64,000 bases of DNA from a virus (lineage: Duplodnaviria > Heunggongvirae > Uroviricota > Caudoviricetes): positions 1 through 64,000 of the IMG/VR virus record IMGVR_UViG_3300021255_000114; one strand, written 5' to 3'. Positions within the stretch are counted from its first letter, which is position 1. Every line of letters starts with the position of its first letter. The notes beneath the pieces are model-generated. The model was not told where the DNA came from. It worked only from the letters and a program-made list of their open reading frames with translations, and ran no database searches. The position numbers and the translations under genes were made by a program. Below, piece after piece: positions 20,115-28,417 of this stretch.

Positions 20115-23100
20115 ATGGCTGCAACAACAAATAGAAGGTTTACTGAATTATACAGGAACTCCACAGTGTTTGAAACGAAACAGGCTGCTATAACCGGTTT
20201 ATATAATCATGAACTCATAAACAGTTTAAAGGATGGTGAACCGTTGCTTGCCCGTTACATGGCATATTTTACTTGGGACGAGGGGAGCAAACAATATGTC
20301 CTTCAGTCCACGAAAAACGACAGTGCTACATTCACAAGAATTGTTTCGAATGAAACATCCGTTACTTCAACAAAGGAGTATATTGTTGGTGATATCATCA
20401 ATGTAACAGCAACCGAGGGAAATATCACAACCACAAAATCATACAAGTGTTCTTCAATACCTCAGGGTGGCGTCGCTGTGCCTGTAGGAAGTAATTTTGC
20501 AACCTCAGGATACTTTACGGAAATAACAAGTGCTTCGGTTACTCCGCAATCTGTCAAAACAATCCGTGTGTTGATGGCGGTTGCCACAGTGTTCGAGGAT
20601 AACAGCGGAAACCCTTCGTTTAAAAAAGAACCTCCAAAGGGACGGCTAACTATTTTTGAAGAGGATGATGCCATCCGTGAAATGATTAACAAGGCAAGCA
20701 TTTCAAGCCCTGATGGAACAATCAATATAAGCAATGCTGTTTCTGGTAAGGAAATACAGGTTAATCTCGGTACATCACTTGTTAAAAACACAGAGAATGG
20801 TGCTGATAAAGGCAAAATAGATGTCAATTTCGATAATAGGACTATCAGACAATACGCATCGGATTATGCAGACGAACAACTGCGAAACAAGTTGTATGTT
20901 TACCACGGTGATACCATTAAGGAATCTGAGACTACTGGCGAAGAGGGTAAATTGGATGTTAATACGGGTGTTACATTAAAGATATCTGATGGAACAGGAA
21001 GTGGTCCTGCCGCAGGTACGATAAATGTGTATCATGGAGATACTCTTGTCGAGTCAAGCACAAGCGGTGAAGTTGGAAAATTGGATGTTCGCACGGGTAC
21101 TTCTTTGAAAGTTTCAAACGGTGGCTCCGATAATCCTGATGCCGGTACAATTGATGTTAATATTGATGATGTTACAATTAAACAGAATACAACAGACAAT
21201 AAACTTTATGTCAATGTAAACCCATCATATGGTCTTGAAAGCGATTCAAACGATGGAATCAAAGTTAGACTAGGTGAGGCGCTTGCTTTCAGGACCGGTG
21301 ATTCAACAGCATCGAACAACGGTAAAATTGATGTTAAATATGATAATAGCACCATCGGTTTAAATAACAGTAACCAACTTATTGTTAATTTCCATAACGG
21401 CACAATGGAACGTAAGTCACATGAATCCGCAGGTTCCACTGTATACGATGGATGGGGTGTTAAACATGACACTACAATTACTGAGGTAAACGATGGTCTG
21501 CATGTAAATATTGACAGTACTACCATTTATCAAAATTCTAACGACTTAATATCTGTAAAACACGACACTAGTTTGAATGAAGATGCAACTAATGGGATAA
21601 GTGTCAATATTGATGGCGTAACAATCAAAAAAGATGAAACAAACAACGATGCGTTAAGCGTAAATCATGATACAACCATAACTGTAGATTCAACTAATGG
21701 CATAGGTGTTAATGTTGATGGTAAATCAATTAAACAAATTGAATCCGGAACCGATCAAAATAAGTTATATGTTAATATTGACGGTTTAACAATCAAAGAA
21801 TATCCTTCAGATTATGGAACGTCGTCTTTGCAGGATAAACTATACGTTAATATAGACAACGACACGCTTGTTTCGGACTCATCTACGGGAGTTATTTCAG
21901 TTAATTCGGCTGCTACTAGCATATTTGGTGAAAATGCAATTCAAATTGAGGAACATACCACAGGAAGCACGGTTGACGGTAAAACTGTTAAATTGAATAT
22001 TGACACAACCGCAAACACAGGTGATCCTAACGTATTAAGCCAATCTAATGACGGACTTAAAGTTAATTTGAATTTGCGTTTACTTACAGAACAAGAACTT
22101 GCAACTTTATCGGATTCAAATGTAAAGGAAGCTTATAAACTTGTTGGTAACGCCGGTTCTTCAGAAACACAAATTGGTTCTGTTATCAAGATATACAAGG
22201 ATAGTTCATTATATCGTGTATATCTCGGTCATTTTGATGATACTATTGATTCAAATGATCCACCTACTGTAACACCAGGCACAGGTTCTGAAGCACTGTG
22301 TTTCATATACCTTAAAGCCGATGGCACATATGAATTAGTGGCTGTTGACGTTGAATCATTCCTCCAGGAAAGTGAATTCAAAGATGGTTTGACCGTAAAT
22401 TCTTCAACCCACGAAGTTTCCGCAAATCTTTGGGATGGTTTGGTTATACATCCGATAACAGGTAAGAATGGTGCAATTCAAGCCAAAATAGGTAATGGTA
22501 TTCAATTCGGAACAGGAGATGAAGGCGAGAGACCATTTGAAATCAGGACAGGCAATGGTCTTGAATTCGGTACAGGAACAGAAGGACAGAGACCTGTTGG
22601 AGCAAAAATAGCCAATGGTCTTGTTTTTGGTACAGGAACCGAAGGTCAAAAAGCCGTTGAGGTTCGTTTAGGCAGCGGACTTTCTTTTGATGGAGGAACA
22701 GAACAATCACCAATTACCGACGGTGTGCGTCCTATTAAGGTCAACATCGGAGAAGGTTTGGTGATGGATAATAACAATATCAAAGTTAATTTAGGTACTG
22801 GACTTGGATTTGATGCTACAAGTGGTAATGAAGGCAAAATATACATTAACTATACTACAATAGGCGCTGCTAACCGCCCTGTATATTGGGATGGAACAAA
22901 CCATACTCCTGTTCAAATTGACTATGAAATCAATAAATCTGTTCCTGCCGATGCCGTATTCACGGATACAACCTACTCAAGCGGAAATGAAATCACCATT
23001 GACCCCACAAACAATCATATTAACCATAATGCCAAACTAGGTACTGCGTTTGTCCCAACAACCGTTGGAACAACAATCAGCGGATTCGGCGGGAGCGGTT

Positions 23101-24131
23101 CATTTAAAGTCCCGATTTTAAGTATTAATGAATATGGACATGTGACCGGTGCTTCTGAGGCTACGATGACAATTGCAATACCTGAGGCTAAGATTGTCAC
23201 TTACACAGCACCCCAATACACTCAGGGGCATTTATCACAAAATTGGGTAACCACTTACATCGATAATGCAATCACTGTGGGTGAAATTTATGATTCAGCC
23301 ATCAATAAACTTGACAACAAGATAAAGGTTCTTGCAGATGAATTGTCGGATGCTGAAGCAGTATTGACGCAAGCGATAGAAGACGAACCAAGGTACTATG
23401 CAAAATCAAGTTCGGCCGGTGACGCAAGCGCAATAACAGCTACTCTCGTTGACAGTAGAAAATTTGCCGTCGATGGCAATAATTCCAATAAACCATTGAA
23501 CGGCACTAAAGTTGATGTTTATTTCTCTACCGCACATACAACCAGTACAGCAACACTAAATATTAATAACACAGGCGCTTTTCCGCTTGTTTATAATGAC
23601 GCTAATTTTGATGCAACCCTCATTCAGGCAGGTACAACCCTTGCTCTTGTATTCGATAAGGAATATAACAGCAATGCCGGTTGCTATAGAGTTGTCGGTG
23701 GTGTCGGAAGTGGCAGTGGAAGCACAAATGGAATTACAGAAATTGATGAAGGTAATGGCATTAGCATTACAAAGAACTATGATGAAGTTCAAATAAATCC
23801 GAATGCCACGCCATATAGTAGTACTTGGTTTACTTTGAATGCCGGTGCTGATCCTGTAGTCCCAATTACGCCGGAGAATAATAAGGTTTACCGTGTGACC
23901 ACATCCGGTAACTATTATAATATGGCTTACATTTGGGATGCTGTCAATAGCAAGTATGTGCTGTCGACGGATATTAGTGTAACTGCCGCCGTTAAACTCG
24001 CCGCAAATATGATTCCCGAAGGGTCTACTTCCGGGGGTGCAAGCGAAATAAGTGGTCTTGCTACACTTCTGAAGTTTACCACAACTGGTGAACTTGCAAT
24101 GGAGAACACTTGGGATTGCGGAACCTACTAA
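20115..24131 (+). CDS. Long tail fibre protein (1338 aa) with beta-spiral shaft repeats
   Basis: Many V..D..TI and G.GL.F shaft repeats, GTG.EG.RP-type repeats x4, N.YGHVT motif, T.TLNINNTGA.P fibre domain and a WDCGTY terminus. Confidence 0.8.
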   Translation: MAATTNRRFTELYRNSTVFETKQAAITGLYNHELINSLKDGEPLLARYMAYFTWDEGSKQYVLQSTKNDSATFTRIVSNETSVTSTKEYIVGDIINVTATEGNITTTKSYKCSSIPQGGVAVPVGSNFATSGYFTEITSASVTPQSVKTIRVLMAVATVFEDNSGNPSFKKEPPKGRLTIFEEDDAIREMINKASISSPDGTINISNAVSGKEIQVNLGTSLVKNTENGADKGKIDVNFDNRTIRQYASDYADEQLRNKLYVYHGDTIKESETTGEEGKLDVNTGVTLKISDGTGSGPAAGTINVYHGDTLVESSTSGEVGKLDVRTGTSLKVSNGGSDNPDAGTIDVNIDDVTIKQNTTDNKLYVNVNPSYGLESDSNDGIKVRLGEALAFRTGDSTASNNGKIDVKYDNSTIGLNNSNQLIVNFHNGTMERKSHESAGSTVYDGWGVKHDTTITEVNDGLHVNIDSTTIYQNSNDLISVKHDTSLNEDATNGISVNIDGVTIKKDETNNDALSVNHDTTITVDSTNGIGVNVDGKSIKQIESGTDQNKLYVNIDGLTIKEYPSDYGTSSLQDKLYVNIDNDTLVSDSSTGVISVNSAATSIFGENAIQIEEHTTGSTVDGKTVKLNIDTTANTGDPNVLSQSNDGLKVNLNLRLLTEQELATLSDSNVKEAYKLVGNAGSSETQIGSVIKIYKDSSLYRVYLGHFDDTIDSNDPPTVTPGTGSEALCFIYLKADGTYELVAVDVESFLQESEFKDGLTVNSSTHEVSANLWDGLVIHPITGKNGAIQAKIGNGIQFGTGDEGERPFEIRTGNGLEFGTGTEGQRPVGAKIANGLVFGTGTEGQKAVEVRLGSGLSFDGGTEQSPITDGVRPIKVNIGEGLVMDNNNIKVNLGTGLGFDATSGNEGKIYINYTTIGAANRPVYWDGTNHTPVQIDYEINKSVPADAVFTDTTYSSGNEITIDPTNNHINHNAKLGTAFVPTTVGTTISGFGGSGSFKVPILSINEYGHVTGASEATMTIAIPEAKIVTYTAPQYTQGHLSQNWVTTYIDNAITVGEIYDSAINKLDNKIKVLADELSDAEAVLTQAIEDEPRYYAKSSSAGDASAITATLVDSRKFAVDGNNSNKPLNGTKVDVYFSTAHTTSTATLNINNTGAFPLVYNDANFDATLIQAGTTLALVFDKEYNSNAGCYRVVGGVGSGSGSTNGITEIDEGNGISITKNYDEVQINPNATPYSSTWFTLNAGADPVVPITPENNKVYRVTTSGNYYNMAYIWDAVNSKYVLSTDISVTAAVKLAANMIPEGSTSGGASEISGLATLLKFTTTGELAMENTWDCGTY

Positions 24132-24140
24132 AGAATAATT

Positions 24141-24171
24141 CCTCCTTGTCGGCAAAAAAACAGGGAGGTTT
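24141..24171 (+). terminator. Hairpin after the fibre gene
   Basis: CCTCCTTGT...ACAGGGAGG stem with a short T tail. Confidence 0.45.
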
Positions 24172-24191
24172 AAATATCAATTTCAAACTGC

Positions 24192-24809
24192 ATGAAATAT
24201 TTAAGGAAATTTGCAAACAGAAGGGAATTGGCTGATTGGGAACGATTACTTGATCGCTACAATTGGTACATTTTAAAAGACATTGGTACAACCGCGCCGC
24301 CTGATTTTGTACCAAATGTAACTCCAGGTTCTACAAGGAACACTTATGACGACGTTTCTGATATCACAGATGATGTACTTGCAACAACGAGCACAAGTGT
24401 TAAAATATTCAAGGGCGGTACGCATTATTATTGCCGTATTCCAAACCATATGCTTTGGCGTGTCATTTCGTGGAAAAAAGATGATGGAACATTCGTGTCA
24501 CGCGGAAATGACGCTTGGGGTGAGGAAAAAGGTGTTGTCGGATATTTCATTCCAATGACAATTGATGAAACAGAAACACCAGGTGATTTCCTGTTGAGTG
24601 ATTTCAATGACGATTTCCTTGTTCCTGTCATGTTGGGCGAATGGCACTGGACATCCCTTGGAACAACGGCTCCTACGGGATATACCTTCACTGAAGGTCA
24701 GGATACATGTGATGACATTTCAGAAGTTACACCTGCTGTTCAAGACGACTTCCCGTATATGAAAGTCGGAAGCGTGTATTATAGGAAGGATATCGGACCC
24801 GCAAATTAA
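24192..24809 (+). CDS. Small virion-associated protein with two Tyr-rich modules
   Basis: MKYLRKF N-terminus. Internal repeats GTTAP...DD.S.....K.G..YY. Confidence 0.6.
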   Translation: MKYLRKFANRRELADWERLLDRYNWYILKDIGTTAPPDFVPNVTPGSTRNTYDDVSDITDDVLATTSTSVKIFKGGTHYYCRIPNHMLWRVISWKKDDGTFVSRGNDAWGEEKGVVGYFIPMTIDETETPGDFLLSDFNDDFLVPVMLGEWHWTSLGTTAPTGYTFTEGQDTCDDISEVTPAVQDDFPYMKVGSVYYRKDIGPAN

Positions 24810-24828
24810 ACATCTTGACGACGTAAAG

Positions 24829-24873
24829 CAAAAATAACCCCCGATTTTTTTTTCGAGGGCTATTTTTTTTTTT
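24829..24873. terminator. Bidirectional terminator between convergent fibre operons
   Basis: AAAATAACCCCCGA...TCGAGGGCTATTTT hairpin with A/T tails. Confidence 0.65.
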
Positions 24874-25058
24874 GAAATTTTAAAATGATAATATATTTAA
24901 TATAAGTGCAGTAGAAAAATAACTTACAACAATGAGAGGTTAAAATGGGTTATCACTTATTATACGTTTGTCTATAATATTGCCGTAAATGTATTCTCCA
25001 CTTTAACTCCCCTTTATTTTTGAATTATCATTGTATTTTATTTTTGAAATATTTTGAT

Positions 25059-28000
25059 CTAATATAAACGTGCATCATATCCAATTGATGATTCGTGCTG
25101 TACTGTTACTAACATACCCGGTAGGTGACCTGTTTCTGTTTTATCATTAAAATAAAAGAAGTTCATGGTTATGTCATTAAAATTACTGAAAAAATAAGAT
25201 TCGGCGTCTTGGGGCGCAGTTTTAATTGTATTAATAAACATTTGTAGTTTACCACCCATAGTTGTATCATTGTAAAGTTCACCTTGACTGACATTGGCAA
25301 AATTAAATGTATATTTATGCCATATATGAGAATTATTTGAACCGCCAATACTTGGTATATTAATAGTAACACTTTGATTGTTAACTGTAGCAGTATAAGT
25401 ACCTGCTTGGCCTGCTGCTCCCGCATTATATTCGTTTATATCATTGGGTAACTGGCCATCCCAGTTTGCGGTTGTCAAATATATATTAGAGTCAGTTAAT
25501 AGTGTCTGGGTTGTACAGTTAGTGCCTCCCCACATAGACGGACCATCGTTGGTTGCAATAATGTAGTTAAAATGATCGTCAAAGCCTACTGATTCATAAA
25601 TAAACCTACCAGTTGTAAGTCCTATGTCAATCAGATACATACCATATAATAATATTACAGCACCAAGAGGGATATGACCATCAAGGCCGCCGCTTTCGCT
25701 AATTTTAGCTTGCACAAAAGCATGAATGTCATTAGTTTCTTTGTCGTTAAATATATCACTAAATAAAAAACAAAGAGATTCAAATGAATTATAAGGGCTA
25801 TTCCTCTCTGTATCTATAAGATAATACATTTTCATGTGCTGAATATTGCTACTTCCACTACCTGTAGAGGTAAACGTGATTGTATCTGTACTTGCATCGG
25901 TTGTTATAGACATTCCGTTACCGGCCACTAATGTTAGCGTATCAGTAGAAGTATCGGCAACAACTGAGGATTGTCCTGAAACTTCAATGGTTTTAAAACT
26001 ATCGGTAGTACCGGTACTTATGTTTTGCCAACTGCCATCGCCACGTAGATATTTATTCTCATCGCCGTTGCTTGGCTTTGGTACAAGCCCCATTTCACCA
26101 TTAGCACTTGACGATGCGCCTGTCATTGTCGGTATATATATTGTTGTGTTACTTGCAGCATTGGTCGTGAAACTACCTGACCAAGTACTTGATGTTGTAG
26201 AATTTCCGCCTTTTAGGGTAATTGTACTGTCATTAACCGTTCCTCCGCTGCCACCGGTCCATGGGACATTGACAACCGCATATCCTGTTGTTGTATCAGT
26301 TTCGACTCTATAATATCTACCTGTTGTGCTTGAGGCTTCTGGGAAGGAGCCTGAAGCCATAGTCACGTTGCTTGCAGAAACAGCAACATCATAAGTATTG
26401 CCACCATAAGTGGTACTGCCGTCGGTTATGGATATGTTTTTATCAAAATATAGGCGTCCGCCATTTGCTCTTATTGAGTCATATGTGTTTCCATTATTAC
26501 TCCTTATGAAATGTAGTCCTTTGCCTTTATCCGATACTTCTTGAAATAATATTGAATTTGCATTGATTATGTCTGAGTTATTCATATCCAAGCCAAAACG
26601 CGGTTCTGTGCTTTGGGATTTGTATCGATTTGCTCGGACTCTAAGATAGGTAGCATGGAGATAGCCATTGAGGTTTAAACGGTCAATCCTTGTTGGCTCG
26701 GTTGTTGAAGTGTCAAAAGACAACTTTGTTTGTTGTGTAGTATATGGAGCATATGTAATTTCCGTCCCGCTATTTGAGCCGTGAAGAATAGCATCCGCCG
26801 CTGTTGCGGTGTTTGTATCGGTTGCACTGATTTTGATGTTGAAATAACTGTTGTCCCCACTTTGGCCACTTTCTGTACCGGCGGCTTGATAGTCTATGGT
26901 AACATTGTTTCCTTGAGAGAAATTAATTGCTTTGGAAGCGATGTTGGTGCCTACTCGTGAGTTTCCGTTTACATAAACATTTCTCCAAGTATCAGTATCT
27001 GTACCTCCTCCACCACCGGTGACACCGATTTCGACTGTTGTCACTCCATCTGTCGTCGTTGGGGTAAATGTAACGTTTGAACCACCTGTAACTTTAAGTT
27101 TTGGACCGATTTGTATGTTTGTGTTGGTTGTGTCCCATAAAGTGTTTCCTGTGTGCAATATCTCTTCTGTACCGCCACCTGTGTTAAATGACGCTGCACT
27201 TCCATCAGGCATGTTGACATCCTTGTCAAAGTACAAATGGCCTGCATTTGCTCGAACAGTATCATATGCATCACCGGTATTTGCTCTTCTGAAGTGCAAT
27301 CCTTCACCTAATTCCGAGGTATCTTTGAACAAGATTGAATTCGCATTTGCAATATCGGAATTATTCATATCCATACCAAAAGCGTTTGTTGATTTGTATC
27401 GATTTGCTCGGACTTTAAAGTAAGTGGCATAAAGATAACCGTTGAGATTCAACCTGTCAGTCCATGTTGGTTCACTGGTTGAGGTGTCAAAAGATAACTT
27501 TGCTGTTTGCTGTGTGGTATATGGAGCATATGTGATTTCTGTTCCGTTGTTTGAACCATGAAGAATAGTGTCTGTTGCTGTTGCAGTGTTTGTGTCAGTT
27601 GCATTAATTTCTACATTGAAGTAGTCACTTGTTCCGGCATTGTATGCGAGGGTAATGTTGTTACCCGCTTTGAGGTTTAAGCCTTTGGTGTTTGTTCCTG
27701 TATCGGCTTTAAGGCTATTATCGACATATATTCCTCGCCACGTGTTTGTGTCAGTCGCACTGAATTTTAAACTGAAATAGTCGTTACTATCCGTGCCTTC
27801 GGCTTCATAATCTATAGTGATGTTATCACCGGCTTTGTAGTTGATAGCTTTGGATTCGATATCCGTTCCAATACGTGAAATTCCATCCGTATATACATTA
27901 CGCCATGTGTTCGTGTCACTCGCACTAATTTTGATATTGAAATAGTTCGCATTACCGCTTTGGCCTGTTCCTGTTCCTGCGGGTGCATAAGAAAGACTGA

Positions 28001-28388
28001 CATTAGACCCGGCAGTAAGGTTGAGACCTTTTGAATCAGTGCTATTGTCCCCACGTAATGTTCCGTTACTGTACACACTGCGCCATGTATTCATATCTGC
28101 ATCATTCGTGTCTTTTACCTTAATCAACGCAAATGGACGTTCTAAAAGGTTGGTCGAAGAATTTAAGGTTCCTTTAACGTAATAAAGTCCGTTGTTATTA
28201 CCATCCATTGTAACTGAGATTCTCATGCCGGGAAAAGCCGAACCGTCAGAGTCATTTATATACGCTTCAGCGTGGGCTTTGGTATCCCAAATACGTTCCG
28301 CAACAATCGGTACCGGTTTACCTAAATAGAAGGTGTTAACCGTTGCAAGATTGATTTGACCAGGTACATTATACTCTATATGTGACAT
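25059..28388 (-). CDS. Tail fibre protein (1109 aa) with internal tandem duplications
   Basis: DTNTWR.VY units x4, a duplicated ILHGSN.GTEITYAPY...RANRYKS block, VNVPW, and GLVPKP...KYLRGDGSW fibre motifs. Confidence 0.8.
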   Translation of the reverse strand: MSHIEYNVPGQINLATVNTFYLGKPVPIVAERIWDTKAHAEAYINDSDGSAFPGMRISVTMDGNNNGLYYVKGTLNSSTNLLERPFALIKVKDTNDADMNTWRSVYSNGTLRGDNSTDSKGLNLTAGSNVSLSYAPAGTGTGQSGNANYFNIKISASDTNTWRNVYTDGISRIGTDIESKAINYKAGDNITIDYEAEGTDSNDYFSLKFSATDTNTWRGIYVDNSLKADTGTNTKGLNLKAGNNITLAYNAGTSDYFNVEINATDTNTATATDTILHGSNNGTEITYAPYTTQQTAKLSFDTSTSEPTWTDRLNLNGYLYATYFKVRANRYKSTNAFGMDMNNSDIANANSILFKDTSELGEGLHFRRANTGDAYDTVRANAGHLYFDKDVNMPDGSAASFNTGGGTEEILHTGNTLWDTTNTNIQIGPKLKVTGGSNVTFTPTTTDGVTTVEIGVTGGGGGTDTDTWRNVYVNGNSRVGTNIASKAINFSQGNNVTIDYQAAGTESGQSGDNSYFNIKISATDTNTATAADAILHGSNSGTEITYAPYTTQQTKLSFDTSTTEPTRIDRLNLNGYLHATYLRVRANRYKSQSTEPRFGLDMNNSDIINANSILFQEVSDKGKGLHFIRSNNGNTYDSIRANGGRLYFDKNISITDGSTTYGGNTYDVAVSASNVTMASGSFPEASSTTGRYYRVETDTTTGYAVVNVPWTGGSGGTVNDSTITLKGGNSTTSSTWSGSFTTNAASNTTIYIPTMTGASSSANGEMGLVPKPSNGDENKYLRGDGSWQNISTGTTDSFKTIEVSGQSSVVADTSTDTLTLVAGNGMSITTDASTDTITFTSTGSGSSNIQHMKMYYLIDTERNSPYNSFESLCFLFSDIFNDKETNDIHAFVQAKISESGGLDGHIPLGAVILLYGMYLIDIGLTTGRFIYESVGFDDHFNYIIATNDGPSMWGGTNCTTQTLLTDSNIYLTTANWDGQLPNDINEYNAGAAGQAGTYTATVNNQSVTINIPSIGGSNNSHIWHKYTFNFANVSQGELYNDTTMGGKLQMFINTIKTAPQDAESYFFSNFNDITMNFFYFNDKTETGHLPGMLVTVQHESSIGYDARLY

Positions 28389-28417
28389 ATGTTATTTCTT
28401 TTCTTTTCAATATTATT

